NCBI GenBank assembly: GCA_965228735.1
Contig: OZ245838.1
Location: 2,816,001-2,880,000 of the forward strand
DNA: 64,000 nucleotides
Reading direction: 5' to 3'
Origin: Planctomycetota bacterium
Lineage (GTDB): Bacteria; Planctomycetota; UBA1135; UBA2386
The translations under genes were made by a program, and so were the position numbers. The notes under the pieces are model-generated. The model was not told where the DNA came from and ran no database searches. It saw only the letters and a list, made by a program, of their open reading frames with translations. This document shows positions 49,014 to 59,376 of this stretch, one piece after another. The number at the start of each line of letters is the position of its first letter. Within the stretch, counting starts at the first letter, position 1.

Positions 49014-50420
49014 ATGCACGGGATCAGGCAATCCGACGCGGCTCTGCTCGCCCTCGCCACGCTCCTCTCGCTCGCGGCGGCGCCGGCGCAATCGGTGATG
49101 CGGCTCAGCACGGCGAGCGGACCGGGCTCGCGCCATCCGATCACGGCGCTCGACGCCGACGTCGTGGTGTGGGTCGCGTTCGTCGCCGGCACGCGCGAGC
49201 TCATGCTGTCCGCGACCGACGGCAGCGCGCCCGTGCAGCTCACGACCGGCGCCGACGTCCGCGTCGGGCACGGCACGTTCGACCAATGGTCGCCGATCTC
49301 CGTGAGCGACGATGGCGAACGGATCGCCTACTGGAACGCGCAGGGCGTGCACGTCCTCGACCGCATCGCGAACACGGACACGATCGTCGCGCCCGCCACG
49401 CTGGCGCCGATGCCGCAGCTCAGCGGCGATGGCACGCGCCTCGTCTACCAGGCGCCCGTGTCCGGACCGACGGGCGTCGCCAACCTCGAGGTGTTCGTCG
49501 TCGACGCGGATGGCGCGACCCCGCCCGTGCAGGTGACGACGGGCAGCGGCGGCGGCCGGCGTCTGCCGCACGTGCGCGGCGACCGCGTCGTGTTCCAGAA
49601 CCGCGTCGGCTACGAGATGGAGCTGTTCGTGCACGACCTCGCGACGAGCACGACGGGCCCGGCGCTGACGAACGGCAGCGGCGGCGGCAACCGCCACGGC
49701 CGGCTCACGCCCGACGGCGATGCAGTCCTCTACGAGGCCGTCGTCTCTGGCGAACAGACGGTGATGCGCCTCGACCTCGCCGGCACCACCCCGACCGTCG
49801 TCGGCGGCAACGCGAGCGGCACGCGCATGCCCGCGGGCGACGGCGACGACCAGATCGTGCTGCAGACCGGTGTCGGCACGCCCCTGCAACCGGGCGTCGA
49901 GCTCGTCGATCCGGCGGCGACGACCCTGTCGGGCGGCTCGCGCGGCGGTCACCGCCTGCCGCGGCTCGACCGCCACGGCCAGCTCGTCGTCTGGCAGGAA
50001 GAGGACCAGGGCCAGGTCGAGGTGTTCGCGCTGCGCCGGGTGTGGCCGACGACCGCGACGACGTTCGGCACGGCCGGCACCCCGTCCGTCGGCACGCTGC
50101 AGTCGTTCGACCGCCTGTGGCGGCTCAGCCAGGAGCTCGGCGTGCACACGCAGCTGCCGACGAATGCGCCGGCGTTCTTCGTCGTCGGGGTGCAGCAGCA
50201 GCAGGTCCCCGTCTCGGGCGCCCCGGGCAACACCCAGTACGTCGTTCCGGACAGCAGCATCGTGGTCCTGATCGATAGCAACGGCGACGCGATGGTCGGC
50301 ATCCCGCTCACGGCGAATCTGCTCGGCTTTGCGTTCTACGCCCAGTTCGCGCTCTTCGACCCGCCGGCCAACGCGCTGGGCGTCGTCGCGTCGGCCGCAT
50401 GGACCGTTCAGGTCCGCTGA
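49014..50420 (+). CDS. Secreted TolB-like propeller protein with conserved C-terminal module
   Basis: SDDGERIAY, SGDGTRLVY and PVQLT motifs. Confidence 0.7.
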   Translation: MHGIRQSDAALLALATLLSLAAAPAQSVMRLSTASGPGSRHPITALDADVVVWVAFVAGTRELMLSATDGSAPVQLTTGADVRVGHGTFDQWSPISVSDDGERIAYWNAQGVHVLDRIANTDTIVAPATLAPMPQLSGDGTRLVYQAPVSGPTGVANLEVFVVDADGATPPVQVTTGSGGGRRLPHVRGDRVVFQNRVGYEMELFVHDLATSTTGPALTNGSGGGNRHGRLTPDGDAVLYEAVVSGEQTVMRLDLAGTTPTVVGGNASGTRMPAGDGDDQIVLQTGVGTPLQPGVELVDPAATTLSGGSRGGHRLPRLDRHGQLVVWQEEDQGQVEVFALRRVWPTTATTFGTAGTPSVGTLQSFDRLWRLSQELGVHTQLPTNAPAFFVVGVQQQQVPVSGAPGNTQYVVPDSSIVVLIDSNGDAMVGIPLTANLLGFAFYAQFALFDPPANALGVVASAAWTVQVR

Positions 50421-50642
50421 CTCCCGGCCATCCTGGGTGCCCCGGCGCCGACTTTGCACGCCGCCGCAAACCGGCGATCGGCAATCCGACCCGGGCGGAG
50501 TTGACAGACCCGCGCCAGCGCGAATACTTGTCCGTCACCTGCCTCTCGACCGTCGGTCTCCTCCCCTGTCCAGGGAGCCGCTGGTAGACACCCAACGCGC
50601 CGTCCCATGGCGCGTTTCCCAGCAAGACTAACAGGTTAGCTC

Positions 50643-53609
50643 ATGCGTAGATTCCTCCTCGCGAGCCTCGCGCTCGCGGTCTCCCCGCTCGCTCAAGAGC
50701 CGGGCAAGTTCCCCTCCCCGCAGCAGGCCTACAACCGCTTCCTGGAGCAGACTCCGGGTCGCTGGATCGCCCAGTGGCATCCCGCCACGGGCACGCCGAG
50801 CGCCATGTACGGCAGCGGCCTGCGCCTCGACGGCTGGAACGAGAACTCGCTCGAACACGCTCGCGGGCACGCGAACGCGCTGCTCGTGACCTACCGCGAC
50901 GTGCTCGGCCTCGGCACCTCGACGTGGCAGGAGAGCATCGGCGCGCGCATGGGCCGCACCTGGTCCTTCAAGTTCGACCAGTACTTCCGCGGGCTGCCGG
51001 TCATCAACGGTCGCGCCGACATCCGCATCAACATGCGCGGCGTCGTCGCGCAGATGGGCAGCGTCGCGGTCCCGGTCCCGGCCACGTTCAACATCACGCC
51101 GAAGGTCGCGGAAGAACTCGCGACGGCGCTGGCGTGGGCGAAGGCGGGCGACCCGACGGGTGCGCCGCAGCCCGGCACGATCGCAGCACCGCGCCTCGTC
51201 ATCTGGGGCAACACGGCCGCCGAGGACGGGGAACCGACCCACGCGCTCGCCTGGGAAGTGCCGATCAGCAACGTCGACATCACCGGTCAGGGCCCGATCG
51301 GACGCCACTACGTCGACGCGCAGACCGGTGCCCTGCTGCACTACGCCTCGGACAAGCACGAGTGCCACGGCACCATGTGCCGCAATGCGATCCATCGCGT
51401 CGCCCCTCCGGAGGAGACGGCCGAGACCGCGCTGCCGGTCCCGACGACGGTCACGGTCCAGGCGTGGACGCGCACGGGCAACGACGCCTACAGCGCGCTC
51501 GTCAACACCCCGCTGCAAGGCATCGTCATCAACGTTCCCGGCGTCGGGCTCCGCACGACGGACCAGAACGGCGAGTTCGTGATCGACATCAACTCGCCCG
51601 TCACGATCTCGGTCGGCCAGCTCAACGGCACGCACTTCGACCCGATCGTCGGCTCGAGCGCCCCGTCGGCCTCGGTGACCGTGAACCCGGGCGTCGCGGC
51701 GACGCTGCAGATCGGCTCGGCCGGCTCGTCGACGGCGCAGGCCGCGCACCCGACGTCGGCCTACTGGGTCGACCGCACCAACGAGTGGTTCCGTTCGATC
51801 CTCGGCAATAGCGCGCAGCTCAACGCGATCAGCAGCGTCGACATCGACGTCAACATCAACAGCAACTGCAACGCGTTCTACACGAACAACTCGATCAACT
51901 TCTACACGGCCGGCGGCGGCTGCGCGAACACCGCGTTCTCGACCGTCGTCGCGCACGAGTGGGGTCACGGCATCGACGCGCAGTACGGCGGCATCAGCAA
52001 CAACACCGGCGACGGCCTGAGCGAAGGCTGGGGCGACATCATCGGGATGTACCTCGTGGACAGCCCGCTGCTCGGCAGCGGCTTCCAGTCGCCGAACGTC
52101 GCGCTGCGTCGCGGTGACAACAACCGCAGCTACCCGCAGACCGGTGCTGGCGTGCACACGGCCGGCCAGGTCTGGATGGGCTTTGCGTGGCGTCTGCGCG
52201 AGAACCTGCGCGCCAGCTACGGGACCCCGACGGCGATCGCGATCTCGGACGACATCGTCATCACGTCGATCGTCGCCGACGCGACCAACCAGGTCGACGC
52301 GGTGCGCGAGGTGTTCATCGCGGACGACGACGACGGCAACCTGCTCAACGGCACGCCGAACTACAACGAGCTCGCCGCTGCGGCGGTCACCAAGAACCTG
52401 CCCTACCCGGAGATCCAGTTCGGGCAGATCAGCCACACGCAGCTGCCCAACACCAACATCCCGCTGACGCCGCGCAAGGTCGTCTGCACGGCGCAGGAGA
52501 TCCTGCCCGGCGCGATCACCGCGGTGACGATGCGCTACCGCGTCGGCAACGGCGCGCTGCAGACGCGCAGCATGTTCCCGACGGGCAATGCCGACGAGTT
52601 CGAGGCGCTGCTGCCGGGCGTGCAGGCCGGTGGCATCAGCTACTGGATCGAGGCGACCCATACGAGCACCAGCGGCAACAACACGATCCGGCTGCCCGCG
52701 ACGGGCGACTTCAGCTACAGCGTGGACGGCTCGTTCTCGCCGTTCTGGACGGACGACTTCGAGGGTGCGTCGCTCGGCTGGACGCACGCCCAGGTCCAGA
52801 CGCAGGATGACTGGCAGCTCGGCACGCCGACCGGCAAGAGCGGCACCAGCCAGGGCGTCTCGTGGGCCGACCCGTCGAGCGCGGCATCGGGCGCCAACTG
52901 CTGGGGCAACGACCTCGGCCCGACGGGCTTCAACGGCGCCTACCAGCCCAACGTCTACAACTACCTGCGGTCGCCGATCATCGACTGCACGGGCAAGTTC
53001 GGCGTCGCGCTGCGCTTCAACCGCTGGCTGACCGTCGAGGAGGCCATCTACGACCAGGCGACGATCCTCGTGAACGGCGTCCAGGTCTGGCAGAACCCGC
53101 AGAACGGGCAGTTCCGCGACACCGCGTGGACCCAGGTCCAGTACGCGCTGCCGATGGCGGACAACAACCCGAGCGTCCAGATCGAGTTCCGCCTGCAGTC
53201 CGACGGCGGCCTGCACCTCGGCGGCTGGAACATCGACGACATCGAGATGGGTGAAGTCATCCCGGTGCAGTTCGACGCCACGCTCGAGATGCTGCCGGAG
53301 CAGGTCGTGCAGAACGGCCAGATCAACGCGTTGATCACGACGGGTATGCAGGCGCAGCCGTTCATCCTCGCGATCGGCTCCGACGCCGGCCCGACGCTGT
53401 TCCCGGGTGTGCCCCCGATCCTCGTCGGCGGTCCCAACATCATCAGCCTGCCGGCGTTCTCCAACGCGCTCGGCATCTACAACTTCTCGTTCAACGCCCC
53501 GCCGGTGCCGGGCGTGACCGGGATCACCTGGTACAGCCAGGTGGTGACGCTCGACTCGACGTCGCAGATCGTCACGTCGAACCAGTTCATCAACTTGTTC
53601 ACGCAGTAG
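50643..53609 (+). CDS. Secreted M4/M36-type zinc metalloprotease with accessory beta domains
   Basis: FTP/PepSY propeptide, NAFY, HEWGH, SEGWGD, GVH and GWNIDD. Confidence 0.88.
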   Translation: MRRFLLASLALAVSPLAQEPGKFPSPQQAYNRFLEQTPGRWIAQWHPATGTPSAMYGSGLRLDGWNENSLEHARGHANALLVTYRDVLGLGTSTWQESIGARMGRTWSFKFDQYFRGLPVINGRADIRINMRGVVAQMGSVAVPVPATFNITPKVAEELATALAWAKAGDPTGAPQPGTIAAPRLVIWGNTAAEDGEPTHALAWEVPISNVDITGQGPIGRHYVDAQTGALLHYASDKHECHGTMCRNAIHRVAPPEETAETALPVPTTVTVQAWTRTGNDAYSALVNTPLQGIVINVPGVGLRTTDQNGEFVIDINSPVTISVGQLNGTHFDPIVGSSAPSASVTVNPGVAATLQIGSAGSSTAQAAHPTSAYWVDRTNEWFRSILGNSAQLNAISSVDIDVNINSNCNAFYTNNSINFYTAGGGCANTAFSTVVAHEWGHGIDAQYGGISNNTGDGLSEGWGDIIGMYLVDSPLLGSGFQSPNVALRRGDNNRSYPQTGAGVHTAGQVWMGFAWRLRENLRASYGTPTAIAISDDIVITSIVADATNQVDAVREVFIADDDDGNLLNGTPNYNELAAAAVTKNLPYPEIQFGQISHTQLPNTNIPLTPRKVVCTAQEILPGAITAVTMRYRVGNGALQTRSMFPTGNADEFEALLPGVQAGGISYWIEATHTSTSGNNTIRLPATGDFSYSVDGSFSPFWTDDFEGASLGWTHAQVQTQDDWQLGTPTGKSGTSQGVSWADPSSAASGANCWGNDLGPTGFNGAYQPNVYNYLRSPIIDCTGKFGVALRFNRWLTVEEAIYDQATILVNGVQVWQNPQNGQFRDTAWTQVQYALPMADNNPSVQIEFRLQSDGGLHLGGWNIDDIEMGEVIPVQFDATLEMLPEQVVQNGQINALITTGMQAQPFILAIGSDAGPTLFPGVPPILVGGPNIISLPAFSNALGIYNFSFNAPPVPGVTGITWYSQVVTLDSTSQIVTSNQFINLFTQ

Positions 53610-53634
53610 ACCGGCTCGAACGATCGTTCGATCA

Positions 53635-53683
53635 GAGACCGCCGTGCTCTGGCCAGGAGGCCGGAGCACGGCGGTCTCCGTTT
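53635..53683 (+). terminator. Intrinsic terminator-like hairpin
   Basis: GAGACCGCCGTGCTC...GAGCACGGCGGTCTC followed by a short T run. Confidence 0.65.
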
Positions 53684-53713
53684 GGGTGGTGTGAGTGAGT
53701 AAGGTGCTGCCCC

Positions 53714-55429
53714 GTGCCCACCGCGCGCACCGCCCTCCTGCTGTTCCTCTTCGGCCTCGCGCTGCGGCTCCTGTTCTGGGCCGCGACGGGCGACCGGGGC
53801 GACGCGTTCGCGGCCGCGTTCCAGGGCGACGCGCCGGTCTGGACCGAGCTGGCCGGCGCGGCGCACCGCGGTGAGGAGAACGAGCTGTTCAAGCTGCCGC
53901 TGCGGCCGCCCGCGATGCTGTGGCTCGTGACGTTGCTGTGGGACGGCAGCCCGGACGGTGCGTGGCTCGTGCGGTTCGTGTTCGCGGTGATGGGCGCGGC
54001 GATCGCGCCGCTGACCTGGCTGCTCGTGCGGCCCCACGTGAGCCAGGGCCGGGCGCTGTTCGTCGGCGTAACCGTGGCCGCGGCGAGTTCGCTGCTGCAG
54101 CTCAGCAGCGGGCCACACTCCGAAGTGCCCTACCTCGCCCTCGTGCTCGTGACGCTGCTCGATCAGCGCCGGCTCGCGACGGCGGACGGCAGGGCGCCGG
54201 TCGGGATCGTGTTCCGCTGGGGCCTGCTGCACGGCGCTCTGTGCCTGCTGCGAGCGGAGCACGCGCTCACGTTCCTGATGTTGCTCGGCGCGCTCGGATG
54301 GCAGCGTCGGACGCAGGGCGGTAGCGGGCGGACCGCGGTCATCGCGATCGGGAGCGCCGCCCTCGCGCTTACACCGTGGCACTGGATCACGTTCGATCGC
54401 ATCGACACCTACAATACGGCCGGCGCGCCACAGCTGCCCGCCGCGGGCCAGCGCATCCCGGGGCAGCTGCCGTGGACGGCTGATGCTCTCGCGCGCCTGC
54501 AGACCCTGCCCGCGTTCCAACAGGGCCCCACGTTCCAGTTCGTCAGCGCGACGATCCGACAGCGCCGCGGCCGGCAGGTCGACGCGCCGGACCTCGACGT
54601 GATTCGCGAGGCCTACGACTGCTGGCCCGAACCGATCCCGTGGTCGTTCGTGTGCGTCTACGGCGGCTTGAACTTCTTCCTCGCGAACACGCCGGAAGCC
54701 GACGGCGGGTTCTCGGGCGCGGCCCTCGACCGCGTGCCGCCGCTCACGGGCGGACCGACGCGATACCCGCCCGGGCTGGTGTCCGTGCTGCCACGATCCG
54801 GGACTCTCGTCCTCAGCTACCCGCCCCACCTCGACCGGCTCGTGCACGGCTACGCGCGCGGGTTCGAGGAGCTCGCGAACGACCCCGGCGGCGCGACCAT
54901 GCGCACGGGCAAGAAGCTCTGGCACGCGACCGAAGGCATGGCGACCGGGCTCGGCGGCTACGCGCTGCCGATCGGCATGTCCGGCACGCGGCGGCAGGTC
55001 GACCTCGTCACGGCGCAAGGTGCGTGGCCGACGATCTACCGCGCGCTGCTGCTGCTAGCCGCGGTCGTGGGCTGGTGGCGGCTGCGACGCAGTGAATTCG
55101 CGGGCGCGGACAACGACGAAGTGGCGACGAACGAAGAACCGTGGCGCACCCCGTGGCTCGCGTTCGCGGCGAGCAAGCTGATCACGGTGGCGCTCTTCTT
55201 CGGCTACGCGCGCCAGGGCGCACTGTGCGTGCCGATCCTCTGCATCGGCCTCGCCGGCTGCCTGCCGCGCACGCTGCGGCCACGAGCGGTCTGGCTGCTC
55301 GCCGGCGCGCTGCTCGCGATCGAACTCGTGAGAACCTTCATCACCGATGTCACGATTGCGCTGCCGAACGGCGAGCCGAGCACCCTGCCGCCGCACGATG
55401 TGGCGGAGGTCCTCGTCCGCTACGACTGA
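53714..55429 (+). CDS. GT-C (ArnT/PMT-like) membrane glycosyltransferase
   Basis: GDA, RPPAM, SEVPY and LLRAE motifs with many TMs. Confidence 0.7.
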   Translation: MPTARTALLLFLFGLALRLLFWAATGDRGDAFAAAFQGDAPVWTELAGAAHRGEENELFKLPLRPPAMLWLVTLLWDGSPDGAWLVRFVFAVMGAAIAPLTWLLVRPHVSQGRALFVGVTVAAASSLLQLSSGPHSEVPYLALVLVTLLDQRRLATADGRAPVGIVFRWGLLHGALCLLRAEHALTFLMLLGALGWQRRTQGGSGRTAVIAIGSAALALTPWHWITFDRIDTYNTAGAPQLPAAGQRIPGQLPWTADALARLQTLPAFQQGPTFQFVSATIRQRRGRQVDAPDLDVIREAYDCWPEPIPWSFVCVYGGLNFFLANTPEADGGFSGAALDRVPPLTGGPTRYPPGLVSVLPRSGTLVLSYPPHLDRLVHGYARGFEELANDPGGATMRTGKKLWHATEGMATGLGGYALPIGMSGTRRQVDLVTAQGAWPTIYRALLLLAAVVGWWRLRRSEFAGADNDEVATNEEPWRTPWLAFAASKLITVALFFGYARQGALCVPILCIGLAGCLPRTLRPRAVWLLAGALLAIELVRTFITDVTIALPNGEPSTLPPHDVAEVLVRYD

Positions 55430-55443
55430 GCGAGCATGCCGCC

Positions 55444-56205
55444 CTACCACATGACCTGCCCACCGCACTGACTCAGCGCCTGCCCGGTCATCCCCGAAGC
55501 CCCGTCCGAGCACAGCCAGACGACGTGGTCCCCGATCTCCGCCGGTTCGAGGATGCGGCCCAGCGGCACCATCGACAGCGCGGTCTTGCGCGCCTCCTCG
55601 TAGGTCGTGCCCATCCCCTCGGCCATGAGCTTCATGCCGTCGCGGGCCATCTCCGTTTCGACCCAGCCGGGGCAGATCGCGTTCACGGTGATCTTGCGGC
55701 CGGCGAGTTCGAGGGCGAGCGCCTTCGTCAGGCCGATGACGCCGTGCTTGCTCGCGCAGTAGGCGGTGTAGCCCGGAACGCCGAAGCGGCCGAGGACGGA
55801 GCTGATGTTCACGATGCGGCCGCCGTCGGGCAGATGGGACAGCGCGGCGCGGGTCGTGAAGAACACGCCGTCGAGGTTGGTGCGCACGATCGTGTCCCAC
55901 CGCTCCGGGCCGGGCAGCGCGCAGGCGTTGGGGCCGCCCGTGCCGGCGTTGTTCACGAGCACGTCGAGACCGCCGAGCAGCTCTGCCGCGCGGTCGACCG
56001 CGGTCTTGATGCCGGCCTCGTCGGTCACGTCGCCGGTCACGGCGACGGCCTCGTGACCGAGCTTGCCGAGGTGCAGAACGGTCTCGTCGAGCTTGTCCTG
56101 CCGGCGCCCGAGCACGGCGATGCGATGACCAGCCGCGGCGAGCCGCTCGGCGATGCCGACGCCGATCCCCGTGCCGCCGCCCGTGACGAGGCAACGCCGG
56201 CTCAC
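55444..56205 (-). CDS. SDR family oxidoreductase
   Basis: TGGGTGIG, NNAG, YCASK and CPGWVET. Confidence 0.92.
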   Translation of the reverse strand: MSRRCLVTGGGTGIGVGIAERLAAAGHRIAVLGRRQDKLDETVLHLGKLGHEAVAVTGDVTDEAGIKTAVDRAAELLGGLDVLVNNAGTGGPNACALPGPERWDTIVRTNLDGVFFTTRAALSHLPDGGRIVNISSVLGRFGVPGYTAYCASKHGVIGLTKALALELAGRKITVNAICPGWVETEMARDGMKLMAEGMGTTYEEARKTALSMVPLGRILEPAEIGDHVVWLCSDGASGMTGQALSQCGGQVMW

Positions 56206-56882
56206 GACCGCACCTCCGCAGCAACGAGCTCCATGACGGCGTCGACGAGCTTGCCGATGCCGGTCGCGACGTCGTTCACCCGCGCGTCGTACATGTAGGC
56301 CGGCGTCGTCACGATGCGATTGTCGCGGTCGATGACGCAATCCGTCACCGCGCACTCCTCGTGCACGGCCCCGAGCGCCTCGAGGGCGCTCGCCGTGGCC
56401 GCGTCGTTGCCGATCGTGAGCCGTGGCTTGCTGCTCCGACCGAGCGTGAGCGCGACGAGCGCCGGCGCGATGCAGATCGCGCCGATCGGCTTGCCGGCCG
56501 CGTGCGTCTCCCGCAGCAATCGCGCGACCTCGGGGTGGGCGCTCCCCTCTGATCCCTTCGTCGCGAAGTCGCTGAGGTTCTTTGCCGCGCCGAAGCCGCC
56601 GGGCAGCACCACGGCGTCCACCGCGTCGGCCGTCATGAACTGCAGGTCCGTGATCTGCCCGCGCGCGATGCGCGCGGACTCGGCGAACACGTCACGGGTC
56701 GCGCCCGCTTCCGGCTGCCCCTTGCCGTGGTGGATCACGTCCGCCTGCGGCATCACGGGTGCGACGCACAGCGTCTCGACACCGTGCCGATGCAGGTGCA
56801 TGAGGGTCAGGACGGACTCGTGGATCTCGGATCCGTCGAGGAACCCGGCTCCGGAGAGAACGACGGCGACTTTGGCGGCCAT
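56202..56882 (-). CDS. elbB: DJ-1/PfpI family glyoxalase ElbB
   Basis: DGSEIHE, PGGFGAAKNL, CIAP and TTPAYM. Confidence 0.92.
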   Translation of the reverse strand: MAAKVAVVLSGAGFLDGSEIHESVLTLMHLHRHGVETLCVAPVMPQADVIHHGKGQPEAGATRDVFAESARIARGQITDLQFMTADAVDAVVLPGGFGAAKNLSDFATKGSEGSAHPEVARLLRETHAAGKPIGAICIAPALVALTLGRSSKPRLTIGNDAATASALEALGAVHEECAVTDCVIDRDNRIVTTPAYMYDARVNDVATGIGKLVDAVMELVAAEVRS

Positions 56883-56913
56883 GATCAGATCATGCCGCCC
56901 ACCGCGGGTCAGG

Positions 56914-58410
56914 TCACGAAGCGGTCGGCGCGTCCGGACCGACGCCGGCGCCCGCCGGCATGAGCTCGGCTTCCCTCTGCTGCTGCACCTCTTCGAGGAT
57001 GTCGAGCGCCGCGACGCGATAGGCCTCGGCCAGCGTCGGGAAGTTGAAGATCGACTCCACGAACATGTGGACGTCGTTGCCGTTGTTGATCGCCAGCTGC
57101 GCCAGGTGAATCAGCTCGGTGGCGCCCTCGCCGATGATCTGACAACCGACGACGGCCAGCGTCTCCGGGTGCACGACGAGCTTGAGCATGCCGGCCGTGA
57201 CGTTGGCGATCTGACCGCGCGCCAGTTCTTCGAACTTCGCGCGCCCGACGAAGCAGCTGCCGAAGCGCTCGGTCGCCTTACTCTCGTCGAGGCCGATGCT
57301 CGAGATCTCGGGGATCGTGTAGATGCCGGCCGGGATGTCGTCGCTGCCCTGCCCGCGCGGCAGGTCGAACGCGACCCGCACGGCGCGGCGGCCCTGCTCC
57401 ATTGCCGCCGATGCGAGCGCCGGCGGGCCGATCACGTCACCGACGGCGAAGATGTGCGGCACGGCGGTCCGACAGTCCTCGTCGACCTTGATGTGGCCGC
57501 GTTCCGTCATCTCGATGCCGGCCGATTCGATCTGCAGGCCATCGAGGTTGGCGACCCGGCCGAGCGCGAACAGCAGCTTCTCGCTGCGGATCTCCTCGCC
57601 GTTGTCGAGCGTCGCGATCACGTTCTCGACGCCGTCCCAGCGCACCTCGGTCGCGCGCGCGCCGCCGATGTAGCGGCAGCCCTCGTGCGATTCGAAGGCC
57701 TGCACGAACACGTCCAGGATCTCCGCATCGAGGAACGTGAGCGGCCGCGGCGCCCGATCCACGATCGTGACCTCGACGCCGAGCGACGCGAAGATCGTCG
57801 CGTATTCGCACGCGATGACGCCACCGCCGAGCACGCAGAGCGACTTCGGCCGGTAGGCCATGCTCAGCACCGAGTCGCTGTCGAGCACGTGCTCGTGATC
57901 GACCGGCACGTCGTCGGGCGTGCGCGGGCGTGAGCCGGCCGCGATCACGATGACCTCGCCGCGCAGCATGCGCATCTCGCCGTAGATCGCCTCGACGAGC
58001 ACGGTCCGCTGATCGACGAAGCTCGCGCGGCCGTGGATCTGCTCGATGCCGTTGCGCTCGAGCTGCCGGCCCATGTAGCCGACGTGCGCCGTCACGACCC
58101 GTTCCATGCGATCCATTAGGCTCGCGAGCTGCAGGTCGGGGGGCACGTCCACGTCGATATGACGGCCCATGCGCGCCCGGAAGCCCTGCACGTAGGACGC
58201 CGATTCGCGCAGCGTCTTGCTCGGGATCGTGCCGCGATGAACGCACGCGCCACCGACGCCCTTGTCGCGCTCGACGACACACACGCTCTTGCCGGCCTTG
58301 GCGGCCTGCACGGCAGCCTTCTGGCCCGCCGGCCCGCTGCCGATCACGACGACGTCCCACAGCTCGGTGCCGTCGTCGCCGATCGTCGGCCCTGATACTC
58401 GATCGGTCAT
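56914..58410 (-). CDS. sthA: Soluble pyridine nucleotide transhydrogenase
   Basis: GSGPAG, GGACVHRGTIPSK (CxxxxT), GIYTIPEIS and FNFPTLAEAY. Confidence 0.9.
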   Translation of the reverse strand: MTDRVSGPTIGDDGTELWDVVVIGSGPAGQKAAVQAAKAGKSVCVVERDKGVGGACVHRGTIPSKTLRESASYVQGFRARMGRHIDVDVPPDLQLASLMDRMERVVTAHVGYMGRQLERNGIEQIHGRASFVDQRTVLVEAIYGEMRMLRGEVIVIAAGSRPRTPDDVPVDHEHVLDSDSVLSMAYRPKSLCVLGGGVIACEYATIFASLGVEVTIVDRAPRPLTFLDAEILDVFVQAFESHEGCRYIGGARATEVRWDGVENVIATLDNGEEIRSEKLLFALGRVANLDGLQIESAGIEMTERGHIKVDEDCRTAVPHIFAVGDVIGPPALASAAMEQGRRAVRVAFDLPRGQGSDDIPAGIYTIPEISSIGLDESKATERFGSCFVGRAKFEELARGQIANVTAGMLKLVVHPETLAVVGCQIIGEGATELIHLAQLAINNGNDVHMFVESIFNFPTLAEAYRVAALDILEEVQQQREAELMPAGAGVGPDAPTAS

Positions 58411-59255
58411 GCCATCCCCTCGGAGACGAGTTCGGCTCGTTCCTTCATCGCGAGCAGCTCGTCGAGCTGGTCGGCGTACATGTTCAGCCCCTCGAGCACC
58501 TCGTGCTGCTGCAGGTCCTCGAGCCGGACCTCGTCGTAGAACTCGCTCGGCGACAGGTGCGTGGCGATCCCGTCCGCGAGGCAGACGGTCATGGCCATGT
58601 CCTTGAACGACTTCGCGTTCTCCCAGTCGTGGTGCAGCGCGATCGCCTCCTGGATCTGATCGGGCAGCTGCCATTCCTCGGCGAGCATCTTGCCGGCCGC
58701 GAGGTGTTGTTCGGTGACGGCCGCGAGCAGGTCCTCGGTCCTGATCTTGAGGTCGCGATTGCCGACGAGGCGATCGACGCTGTCGAGCAGCACGGCCTTG
58801 CCGATGTCGTGCAACAGGCCGCACATGAACGCGGTCTCGACGTTGCGCCGGCGCATGCGCGCGATCTCCTTCGTGTAGAACCCCGTGAGCACCGAGTGGC
58901 GCCAGAGTGCCCCGAGCAGTTCGGCGCATTCCGGGTTGCCGAACATGCGGCCGCGAACGGAGACGGCCATCGAGATCTCCGTGATGAGCTGCAGTCCGAG
59001 GCGGCTCACCGCCTGCTGCAGCGAAGCGACCGGCACCTGACCCGCGTAGGCCGCCGAATTGGCGACGCGCAGGACCTGCGACGCGATCGTCTGGTCGTTG
59101 TGGATCACGGACGACAACTTCTCGGCGTCCGTGTCTTCCTGTTGGCACAGGTTCATCACCTCCGCCGCGGTCCCGGGCATCGTCGGCAGCTGCAGCTGCT
59201 TCTCGGCGATCTTCCGGGCAAAGATCTGAGAGAGGTCGGCAGTGGCGATACTCAT
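58407..59255 (-). CDS. HDOD domain protein
   Basis: LPTMP, LRVANSAAY, LWRHS, GLLHDIGK and IALHH. Confidence 0.9.
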   Translation of the reverse strand: MSIATADLSQIFARKIAEKQLQLPTMPGTAAEVMNLCQQEDTDAEKLSSVIHNDQTIASQVLRVANSAAYAGQVPVASLQQAVSRLGLQLITEISMAVSVRGRMFGNPECAELLGALWRHSVLTGFYTKEIARMRRRNVETAFMCGLLHDIGKAVLLDSVDRLVGNRDLKIRTEDLLAAVTEQHLAAGKMLAEEWQLPDQIQEAIALHHDWENAKSFKDMAMTVCLADGIATHLSPSEFYDEVRLEDLQQHEVLEGLNMYADQLDELLAMKERAELVSEGMA

Positions 59256-59376
59256 CGCCCCGTTCATCGGCACTTCCGCACCCGACCCCAACAGGGATTC
59301 CACCACCCTCCCGCTACCGCCCACGGCGCGGGTTGCACAACTGCGCTCCGCCGCGAGAATGTCCGGTCCGCCCGCG

